64,000 bases of DNA from Candidatus Aenigmatarchaeota archaeon (GTDB lineage: Archaea > Aenigmatarchaeota > Aenigmatarchaeia > QMZP01 > QMZT01): NCBI GenBank assembly GCA_043808015.1, contig JAZDFI010000007.1, positions 10,834 through 74,833 on the forward strand. The letters run 5' to 3'. Positions 56,213 to 64,000 of the stretch are shown here, piece after piece (the first letter of the stretch is position 1; each line of letters starts with the position of its first letter). Below the pieces are notes generated by a model. That model was not told the DNA's origin, made no database searches, and worked only from the letters and a program-made list of their open reading frames with translations. A program made the position numbers and the translations under genes.

Positions 56213-57211
56213 TCATTTGAAAAAAGAATTGGCTATGTATTCTTTCTGGTCCGGGAAAAGGAAATCCGGCGAGACTGCGAGCGTCCTGGAGGAAGGCCTG
56301 TCTCTCGGAAGCGAATCAGCGACGGCCTTTATGGCTGCCATCTCCGCGTCTATCTCCTGGGTGGAGGCCCTGTAAATTTTTTGGACGGGATTCCTCATCG
56401 TGCCGCCGTTTATTTCCAGGACTTCGCCATATTTCTTTTCAAACCACTCGGTCTCCTTAATGCCGAATTCGTTTACATCAACCCTTTCAGGCCTTCCCTG
56501 GCCATAACACGAGAAGTAATCGAGGTCCACGTCGAATAAGATGGATTCAGCTTCACCGGCATGCCGCAAAACTTCGCCTGCGGATATCTCGCGCACGGTG
56601 AGGAGCGATTTGGCCCCGTCAATGTCAGACTTTTTCCTCGATTGCAGAACCTTGTACACGTGAGGCGAGCCGGGCCACTGCTTTAAGGCGTAATAGGTCA
56701 CTGGTGGTTCGTTCCTGTCCCTGAAGTCCCATGCGGGCCTGACCCAGAAAACCTCGTCTGTCAGGCCGGACGCGAACAGCTTTATTATCCAGTTGCCGAC
56801 GTTCGTGTTTCTGGCCTCCACGTCGATTATGGCTAGCGCCCTGTCATACGACTCAGGCCTTCGCAAAAGGTCCGGAACGTCGTTTGACATTTCGATTGCG
56901 TCGAATGTATAGCAAACGTCGTGATGCGTGTCTATGTGGAACATGCGGTTTTTATTCAAAGATATTTTTCCGTCCAGCGCGTCTTTCACCAGCGCCTTCA
57001 GGGCCCAGTTATGCTTTAGCATGCAGTTGTAGCCGCCGTGCTCGACGTATCCGTCACGCTGGTTTGGGGAGGCGCCGTATAACGCCTCTTTTTGCTGGTA
57101 GTCAATACCTAAAAGCTGGCGCGGATCCAAAACGAGCCCTGCGCCTAACACGGCGCACTTCTTAAAAAATTCCCGCCTGCTTTGAGCCGGCTGCATCTGC
57201 CATCGCACCAA
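56213..57211 (-). CDS. UPF0489-like (arginase/deacetylase-fold) protein with Tat-like signal
   Basis: SRREFFK; HIDTHHD; NWI; DVDLDYF. Confidence 0.65.
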   Translation of the reverse strand: MVRWQMQPAQSRREFFKKCAVLGAGLVLDPRQLLGIDYQQKEALYGASPNQRDGYVEHGGYNCMLKHNWALKALVKDALDGKISLNKNRMFHIDTHHDVCYTFDAIEMSNDVPDLLRRPESYDRALAIIDVEARNTNVGNWIIKLFASGLTDEVFWVRPAWDFRDRNEPPVTYYALKQWPGSPHVYKVLQSRKKSDIDGAKSLLTVREISAGEVLRHAGEAESILFDVDLDYFSCYGQGRPERVDVNEFGIKETEWFEKKYGEVLEINGGTMRNPVQKIYRASTQEIDAEMAAIKAVADSLPRDRPSSRTLAVSPDFLFPDQKEYIANSFFK

Positions 57212-57265
57212 TTACACGATAGCAAGAGGGTTTAAATACCATTAAAAAGTGGTAAATTTACAGGT

Positions 57266-58543
57266 CTATGGCTTGAAACGCCTCTGGGTGCGCGGGAACG
57301 CTATCGCGTCCTTTATGTTCTCCAGCTTGCAGAGCCATGCGACGACTCGCTCGACGCCGAGTCCGTAGCCCGAATGCGGCACGCTGCCGTAGCGGCGAAG
57401 ATCGAGATACCAGCTGTAGTTCTCGGGTTTCTCACCCATCTTCTTGAGCGACTCTGAGAGCGCTTTGATATCGGTATCCCTCTGCGAGCCGCCGATTATT
57501 TCGCCGTACCCTTCGGGCGCGAGCATGTCGAAGCACAACGCAGTTTTCGAATCTTTCGGGTCGCGCGGCTTGTAGAAGGCCATTATATCCTTCGGGTAGT
57601 TGGTGACGACGACCGGCGTGTCGAAATGCTTCATGAGCAGGTCTTCTTCGACGGTTCTCAGATCCTTGCCCCACTGCATCTTCTGGTTCTCCTTCTTGTT
57701 GAGGATTTCCAGCGCCTGCGTGTAGGTGATGGTGGGGAACGGTTTCTTTGACATTTCCTCCAGCTTCTTCACGTCCTGGCCGAGAATTTCGAGTTCCTTT
57801 TTGTTGTGCTTCAGGACTTCCTGTATTATGAATCGCACTTCGTCTTTCGCGACTTCAGTCACTTCGTCGAGTTCCATCCAGGCGGCTTCCATCTCCGCCA
57901 TCCAGAACTCCGCGAGATGACGCGACGTTTTCGAGCGTTCGGCGCGGAACGTGGGCGACATGTCGTAAACCTTTTCGAGCGCGAATACCGCCGCCTCTGC
58001 GTAGAGCTGCCATGACTGCGAAAGGTATGTGACGTCGTCGAAATATTTGACCTGGAACAGCGTCGCTCCGCCCTCGCACTGGCTGGGCTGGAATATGGGC
58101 GGGTCGAATTCGTAATAACCGCGGTCGCGGAAGAACTTGTGTATAGCGCCTACGACGGTGTGGCGGACTTTCATCGCGGCCGTGAGCTGGCGCGAGCGCA
58201 GCCAGAGGTGGCGGACGTCCATTAAAAATTCGGGGGACTGGTCCTTCGTTATCGGGTAGCGCTCGGCTATGTGCACCGGCTCCAGCGACGAAATCTTCAG
58301 CTCGAAGCCGGTCGGCGCGCGCTTGTCTTCGGCGACGGTGCCTTTGATTATGACTGACGACTCCATTGTGAGCGATTTCGCTTTTTCGAAATCCTTATTG
58401 TCGGACTTTATCGTGCACTGGACCACGTCATTCGAATCGCGCACGACTATGAATATGATGTCCTTGCTCTCGCGCATGCGGTAGACCCATCCCTTTATCT
58501 CGATGGCCTTGCCGATGCTTTGAGGAACCTTGTCGATGTTCAT
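57266..58543 (-). CDS. asnS: Asparagine--tRNA ligase
   Basis: GWVYRMR; RHLWLRS; LSQS.QLY; FRAE.SKTSRHL.EFW; GEIIGGSQR; YGSVPHSGYGLG.ER. Confidence 0.93.
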   Translation of the reverse strand: MNIDKVPQSIGKAIEIKGWVYRMRESKDIIFIVVRDSNDVVQCTIKSDNKDFEKAKSLTMESSVIIKGTVAEDKRAPTGFELKISSLEPVHIAERYPITKDQSPEFLMDVRHLWLRSRQLTAAMKVRHTVVGAIHKFFRDRGYYEFDPPIFQPSQCEGGATLFQVKYFDDVTYLSQSWQLYAEAAVFALEKVYDMSPTFRAERSKTSRHLAEFWMAEMEAAWMELDEVTEVAKDEVRFIIQEVLKHNKKELEILGQDVKKLEEMSKKPFPTITYTQALEILNKKENQKMQWGKDLRTVEEDLLMKHFDTPVVVTNYPKDIMAFYKPRDPKDSKTALCFDMLAPEGYGEIIGGSQRDTDIKALSESLKKMGEKPENYSWYLDLRRYGSVPHSGYGLGVERVVAWLCKLENIKDAIAFPRTQRRFKP

Positions 58544-58611
58544 GCAACCACCCTTATTTGATGAATAACTTATTTTTGAAAGCTGTGCTTAAAAAATTTG
58601 ACAGGCGAAGG

Positions 58612-59637
58612 CTAAAGCAGCCTCACGCCTCTTTTGGAACAATCTTCAATCATCCTCTCCGGCCAGATGCTCGCCTGCACCTCGCCAATGTGCAGTTTTT
58701 GCAGGAACAACATGCACAAGCGCGACTGGCCGATACCACCGCCGATTGTCTGAGGCAGCCCGCCAGCGAGCAGCCGCGAATGCCAGTGCAGGCGCATGCG
58801 ACTCTCGGCTTTCCTTATTGCAAGCTGTTTCGAGAGCGAAGCGCTGTCGACGCGTATGCCCATCGACGAAAGCTCCATCGATCGCGCTAGCAACGGGTAC
58901 CAGACTATTATGTCGCCGTTCAGGCCGCGTTTGCCAGCTCCGGTCTCGGTGCTCCAGTCGTCGTAGTCCGGCGCGCGCCCGTCATGCGGCTTCCCGTCCG
59001 CCAGTTCGCCTCCGATGCCTATTACGAATACGGCACCCTTCTCCTGCGCGACCGCGTCCTCGCGCTGTTTCGGCGGGAGATGCGGATACATGGACTGCAG
59101 TTCCTCTGCGTGGACGAAAGCGATTTCGTCAGGCAGGAAAGGCTTTATCCGTGGATGGCGGGAGCAAACCATGGCTTCAGTCGCCTTTATCGCACCGTAT
59201 ATTTGCCGGACAGTCGCTTTCAGCGCCGCCAGCGAGCGTTCGCCGGGCAGGATGATTTTCTCCCAGTCCCACTGGTCGACATAGAGCGAGTGAAATTCAT
59301 CGAGTATCTCGTCCGGGCGTATGGCGTTCATGTCAGTATACAGTCCTTCTCCGGCTGCGAATTCGTATTCGGCCAGCGCGAGCCGCTTCCACTTCGCCAG
59401 CGAGAACACGATCTCCGCCTTTGCGTGCGCGTCGTCGGGGATGGTAAAAGCGACTTTATGCTCAACGCCGTTAAGGTCATCGTTGACTCCTGTTCCGCTT
59501 CTCACGATTATGGGCGCCGAAACGCGCTGCAGCGCCAGCGAGCGCGCCAGCGCATCCTGGAAAAAGTCCTTTATGATTTTTATCTCTTTTTCCGTTTCCC
59601 TGATGCCAAGCAGCGGCACGTATTTATCGCTTTCCAT
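58612..59637 (-). CDS. asnA: Aspartate--ammonia ligase (bacterial-type AsnA)
   Basis: NDDLNGVE; SLAKWKR; YTDMNAIRPDE; HSLYVDQWDWE; HDGRAPDYDDW; TIGGGIGQSRL. Confidence 0.96.
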   Translation of the reverse strand: MESDKYVPLLGIRETEKEIKIIKDFFQDALARSLALQRVSAPIIVRSGTGVNDDLNGVEHKVAFTIPDDAHAKAEIVFSLAKWKRLALAEYEFAAGEGLYTDMNAIRPDEILDEFHSLYVDQWDWEKIILPGERSLAALKATVRQIYGAIKATEAMVCSRHPRIKPFLPDEIAFVHAEELQSMYPHLPPKQREDAVAQEKGAVFVIGIGGELADGKPHDGRAPDYDDWSTETGAGKRGLNGDIIVWYPLLARSMELSSMGIRVDSASLSKQLAIRKAESRMRLHWHSRLLAGGLPQTIGGGIGQSRLCMLFLQKLHIGEVQASIWPERMIEDCSKRGVRLL

Positions 59638-59743
59638 GCAAACCCCTCCCTTTCAGATAACGTTTGCTTGGAGGAGACGGTATATATGTTTATTCCCTTT
59701 TTTGTTGAAAAATATGCAAAAAATGCCAAATTTTATATACTAA

Positions 59744-60259
59744 ATGGAACAAATGTTCAATATGGATTACGCTACGGAGGCGCGTTCAGACGCGAAAGGC
59801 GGGAAAACCGGAACCGAGGTCGACAACAAGGATCTGCGCATCCTTGAGATTCTTCGGGAAAATGGCGACCTGACCGTGCGGCAGGTCGCCTCCCGCACCC
59901 AATTGCCCATAACGACCGTGCATAATCGCATACGCCGCATGAAGAAGCTGGGCATCATAAAGCGATTCACCATCGACATCGACTACAGGAAAGTTGGCAA
60001 GGGCATTTCCGCGTACGTGCTTGTCAAAATCGACTCAAAATACCTGAAAGGCTTCCGCCACACGCAGCACGACCTTGTGAAGGACCTGAGACGTCTCGAT
60101 TTCGTGCACAAGGCGGACATCGTGACAGGAACGATAGACATAATTCTTCTCATCCGCGTGAAGGACATAGACGATCTCGACAGGATAATAATAGAGAAGC
60201 TGCGAGACGTGCAGGGCATCGATTCGACAGAGACGCTGGTCATTCTGAGGGAGAACTAG
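59744..60259 (+). CDS. Lrp/AsnC-family regulator, divergent from asnA
   Basis: VDNKDLRIL..TTVHNRIRRM..GII; VTGTID. Confidence 0.92.
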   Translation: MEQMFNMDYATEARSDAKGGKTGTEVDNKDLRILEILRENGDLTVRQVASRTQLPITTVHNRIRRMKKLGIIKRFTIDIDYRKVGKGISAYVLVKIDSKYLKGFRHTQHDLVKDLRRLDFVHKADIVTGTIDIILLIRVKDIDDLDRIIIEKLRDVQGIDSTETLVILREN

Positions 60260-60767
60260 GCTTTCTGGTCCCGTTGCTGGGGAATATCTTGCCGTTGGGT
60301 TCCCTCCTGCTCCAGTAAGTGATATAGTGCTTCCCGGATTTTGGGAGATATAGCCTCATTTCAAAAACATCGTTTTTGTCAAATTCGCACACGTGCTTAT
60401 GCGTGGTTATCTTTCTGAGATACCTGAAGTCCATCTTTGGCCTGGAACTGTTTCTGCGCACCGGCCTGCTGTAACTCAGCATATGATTTCTCGTGAAAGA
60501 CGGGTCGAAAAGAATTCTCTTGACGGTCTCCCTTATCTCGTAGAATTCGGGGCCGACTTCACTCTTGGATTCCGGGCCGTAAGGCGTCGGGAAAATGAAC
60601 TCGCCCGCGGCGCCGAAAATGTTCTTGTCATGATACCTTTCGATCATGCCGCCCAGCTTCGCGTTCAGGCTTATCTGGTCGTGTATAGTGACGTCTGGGT
60701 TTTCCAGGTACGCCATTTTTTTCCTTTTGACGTAATTCTCCGCAAGCCTGCCCGCGTATGTGGTCAT
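60240..60767 (-). CDS. Hypothetical (orphan) protein overlapping the Lrp 3' end
   Basis: 175-aa ORF. Confidence 0.55.
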   Translation of the reverse strand: MTTYAGRLAENYVKRKKMAYLENPDVTIHDQISLNAKLGGMIERYHDKNIFGAAGEFIFPTPYGPESKSEVGPEFYEIRETVKRILFDPSFTRNHMLSYSRPVRRNSSRPKMDFRYLRKITTHKHVCEFDKNDVFEMRLYLPKSGKHYITYWSRREPNGKIFPSNGTRKPSSPSE

Positions 60768-60916
60768 GACATCGCCTACTATCGTCTGCGCGGAAACCCC
60801 CGTGCAGAAGTAAATGTTATTCGTGCCAAAGTTTTATATTGCCATAATTAGCGTTTCCGGGCGCCTTCGAAACCGGTCCGGCAAAACGGCAAATATTAAT
60901 ATCCTGAACGACAAAA

Positions 60917-62191
60917 ATGATGATTATGGAGCGCACTTATTCGCATGAGCTGAAGGCCGGGGCGAAAGTCCGCCTGAAAGGCTGGGTTGACGACGTCAGG
61001 AACATGGGCAAGATCATCTTCCTCACGCTGCGCGACCGCGAAGGCAAGGTGCAGATAATCGCCAAGAAGGAAGACGTGTCCGAAGGCGTTTTCGAGACGA
61101 TCTCGAAGCTCGGCAAGGAAGACTGCGTCGAGATCGATGGAACAGCGATGGAATCGAAGATAGCGAAGCTCGGATACGAAGTCATCCCGTCGAGCGTAAA
61201 GGTCCTGGCAGGCGCTGAAAAGCCGCTGCCCATGGACAGGAACGTTGAATCATGGAAGGACACGCGCTTCGACTACCGCTACCTCGACCTGCGCCGTCCC
61301 GAGGTCCAGAAAATATTCCTCGTGCGCGACAGAACGATCGCCCTTATAGACGAATACTTCCGCAAGAACGGCTTCATCGAGATACACACGCCTGTGATTC
61401 AGGCGGCCGGCGCTGAGGGAGGATCGACTCTTTTCAAGTTCAACTATTACGGCAAAGATGCGTATCTCCGCCAGTCGCCGCAGCTGTACAAGCAGATGAT
61501 GATGGCATCCGGCCTGGACAAGATATACGAGATGGGCCAGGCGTTCAGGGCCGAGAAGTTCCACACCCGCAGGCATATTTCCGAGTTCCTTTCGCTAGAC
61601 TTCGAGATGGCGTGGATCGATAGCGAAGAAGACGTGCTTCGCGTCCTGGAGAACATGGTCGTCCACGTGATGAAGGGACTCAAGCACGAAATGCTCCACG
61701 ACCTTGTGGTTCCGGACCTGCCTTTCAAACGCATCACTTACCAGGAGGTCATAGACACGCTGAACAAGAACGGCATGCACAAGAAGTTCGGCGACGATCT
61801 CGAAGATGCGGAAGAATCGAAGTTCGCCGAGATAATGAAGAAGCAGGGCCACGAGATATATTTCATAATCAAATACCCGTCCGTGCTCAAGCCGTTCTAC
61901 GTAATGCTCGACGGCGACGTGTCGCGAGGGATTGATCTCGACTACAAGGGCCTTGAGCTCGCTTCGGGCGGCCAGCGCGAGCACCGCTACGAAGTGCTGT
62001 CACAGGTGATGAAAGACAAAGGCCTGAACCCGGCCGACTTCAAGTTCTATCTCGACGCTTTCAGATATGGGATGCCGCCGATGGGTGGGATTGGTTTTGG
62101 CGTAGAAAGATTTGTTAAACAGCTTCTTAACTTGCCGGATGTTCAAGAAACAATACTGTTCCCGAGAACTCCTGATAGACTAGTTCCTTGA
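60917..62191 (+). CDS. aspS: Aspartate--tRNA ligase (archaeal type, probably discriminating)
   Basis: LRDREG; RYLDLR; LRQSPQLYKQ; FRAE..HT.RH; SGGQREH; FPR. Confidence 0.93.
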   Translation: MMIMERTYSHELKAGAKVRLKGWVDDVRNMGKIIFLTLRDREGKVQIIAKKEDVSEGVFETISKLGKEDCVEIDGTAMESKIAKLGYEVIPSSVKVLAGAEKPLPMDRNVESWKDTRFDYRYLDLRRPEVQKIFLVRDRTIALIDEYFRKNGFIEIHTPVIQAAGAEGGSTLFKFNYYGKDAYLRQSPQLYKQMMMASGLDKIYEMGQAFRAEKFHTRRHISEFLSLDFEMAWIDSEEDVLRVLENMVVHVMKGLKHEMLHDLVVPDLPFKRITYQEVIDTLNKNGMHKKFGDDLEDAEESKFAEIMKKQGHEIYFIIKYPSVLKPFYVMLDGDVSRGIDLDYKGLELASGGQREHRYEVLSQVMKDKGLNPADFKFYLDAFRYGMPPMGGIGFGVERFVKQLLNLPDVQETILFPRTPDRLVP

Positions 62192-63172
62192 TTTGTGTTT
62201 TTTCTTCAAGTACTTCCACACTGTAGCAGCTCCTAATCCCAATTTATTTGCTATTTTTTCGTATGACAATCCTTCGTTCCTGAGTTTCGTCATTTCAGGT
62301 AAAAGTTTCTTTGCTTCTTCGTGTGTTTTCATGAAAAGCTTGTAACTTTCTGTCAATTCTTGCAATTTTGCTTGCTTCCTTTCAATAGAGAATCCTATTC
62401 TATCGCAGTATCTTACGACGTTTTGCCAACCTGTTATTCTTACGCTATAACACGCGTTTCTATTACCATGCTTGATTGAATTTTTACGAATTCTTGATTT
62501 TATGTCTAAATCCTTCAGCAGATTTGATACATCATTTATGCCATGCGTGTTGGTTGAAACAGCGGTTATTCTTTTGGAATTGACATCCACACTTCCTTCA
62601 GAATCGAAGAAACCTCTCAAAAACCTGCATTTTATTTCATTCGATGATTCAAAAACACATTCGGGTATTCTCCACGAATTCGTCTTGAATTCGCCGTGAT
62701 TTAAGATATCATTAAAAATTTCCTTGCAGCAGATTCTCGCTTGCCATTTTTCATTCCAATTTGTTTGCCTGGCTTTAATTTTTGAAATAGATGGTTGAAT
62801 TCCATAAATTTTATTCAAGCAATCTGCAAATTCTATAACGAAATCCATATCAACTGCCTGCAAGGCAATCTGATAAGATTTATTTTTTGTGCAATGCGTG
62901 TATCCATCACCGCACATCACGCCAAAAATATATGATTTTTCAGGAGACATTGCATGATATGGCGAAGTTATGATATGTTTGGCTATCCTTCCTTTAGCAA
63001 CGGCGAGAATACCAGCTTCTTTTGTTGAACGTATTCTTATTTTATTTCTTTTCAGGCAATCATAAACGGTAGAATAATGTATCCTGAATTTTTTGGCTAG
63101 AGTGTGGCCAGATTCGCCTTTTTCGTATAATGCTTTTATACTTTTTTCAATATTGGGAGAAATATGTTTCAT
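62180..63172 (-). mobile_element. Free-standing LAGLIDADG homing endonuclease with N- and C-terminal HTH segments
   Basis: YIFGVMCGDG and FLRGFFDSEG motifs; AT-rich; no intein splicing motifs. Confidence 0.88.
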
Positions 63173-63231
63173 GATAAATTATTATAAGAATTTAGTTAAA
63201 AATAATGTTTAAACATTACAAAAATATTTAA

Positions 63232-63270
63232 ACTATATTCACGCGCACGCCTGAAAAACTAGTCCCTTAA
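63232..63270 (+). pseudogene. Displaced remnant of the aspS 3' end
   Basis: ACT ATA TTC ACG CGC ACG CCT GAA AAA CTA GTC CCT TAA = TIFTRTPEKLVP* versus aspS TILFPRTPDRLVP*. Confidence 0.8.
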
Positions 63271-63552
63271 AGTTTCACATCTGTTGTTAACGCATTTGCA
63301 TGTTACAGGTGCACACATAAGATTAACGTTTTCTCCCATAAACAGATTGTACTGTCTTGTCGTGGAAACAATTTGATTTTTGTTGACACACTGACAGGTT
63401 GATTTTTTGCAGTCAGAATCCGATGAGCAAGAAAAGTTGCAAGCACCCCAATTCCAGATGGAACATTTCAAAGAATCAATGAAAACTACAAGCAGATTGA
63501 CCCCAACAAAAACGATAATTGCCAAAATCAAGACAACCAAAATTTTCCTCAT
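63259..63552 (-). CDS. Small secreted Cys-rich protein
   Basis: Signal/TM followed by CSSDSDC..CQC..CKCVNNRC. Confidence 0.7.
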   Translation of the reverse strand: MRKILVVLILAIIVFVGVNLLVVFIDSLKCSIWNWGACNFSCSSDSDCKKSTCQCVNKNQIVSTTRQYNLFMGENVNLMCAPVTCKCVNNRCETLRD

Positions 63553-63581
63553 GAAAATAATTTATTTTTATTATATAAAAA

Positions 63582-64000
63582 TCATTCAAAGTGGTCGTAT
63601 CCCTTGCCCAGCGATTTCTTCTTCCCGTTTTCCAAAAGGCAGATGCCGCTTTTCTGCGGCAGTATTTTTCCCACGACCGCGAAAGCCTTGAATTTCGCTT
63701 TCAGCATCGCAAGGTTTTTCTGGGAAACCGTGAAGACCAGTTCGTAATCCTCTCCGCCGTGCAGGGCGAAGTCATACGCATCCGCTTTGAGCAGCTCAGC
63801 AGCAGCCAGCGTTTGCTTCGACACGGGGATTTTTTCCTTTTCAACAATCGCTCCAACACGCGACGACTCGCATATGTGCCCGACCTCGGGCGCGAGCCCG
63901 TCCGAGACGTCTATCATGGCGCTCGCGAATTTTGAAATTATCATTGACTCCTTCAGCCTGCATTTCGGCTCGAGATGCGCTTTCACAGCGCCGAAGCGCT
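63582..64000 (-). CDS. thiL: Thiamine-monophosphate kinase, 5'-truncated by window edge
   Basis: AMIDVSDGL; ALHGGEDYELVFT; GYDHF. Confidence 0.93.
   Translation of the reverse strand, partial: RFGAVKAHLEPKCRLKESMIISKFASAMIDVSDGLAPEVGHICESSRVGAIVEKEKIPVSKQTLAAAELLKADAYDFALHGGEDYELVFTVSQKNLAMLKAKFKAFAVVGKILPQKSGICLLENGKKKSLGKGYDHFE

Noticed and set aside
62180-63172. Intein or group I intron as the host of the LAGLIDADG domain
   Set aside because: The ORF is antisense to aspS, has its own start and stop, and lacks Cys/Ser-start and His-Asn-end splicing motifs.

Overview
This is an archaeal chromosomal segment, shown by archaeal r-proteins (L7Ae, S28e, L24e, L10e), aEF-1beta, Cdc48, SAMP/NcsA, Bud32, class III pilins and BHB-intron tRNAs. 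The gene mix suggests a DPANN-type lineage such as Aenigmarchaeota, but that is inference. The window holds housekeeping genes (cysS, asnS, aspS, rps5-rpl30-rpl15-secY, rnhB, thiL), five tRNA genes and a three-gene group 4 [NiFe]-hydrogenase module with hycI. It also holds non-oxidative pentose-phosphate genes, a bacterial-type asnA with a divergent AsnC-like regulator, a pilin cluster and many small orphan ORFs. Most striking is the tRNA-Leu gene at 25076-25232 (-). It carries two tandem 7-nt anticodon micro-exons (UAG and CAG), each with its own pair of BHB-like splice motifs and each sequestered in the fold that favours the other, so one gene may yield two isoacceptors by mutually exclusive splicing. 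Second, foreign ORFs are stacked convergently behind core genes and delimited by duplicated copies of the core gene's 3' end. This is seen as 57-bp promoter-bearing repeats at the nucleotidyltransferase and as a LAGLIDADG endonuclease at aspS with an apparently replaced 3' end. No CRISPR array, rRNA or transposase was seen. All protein calls come from motif recognition without database searches.
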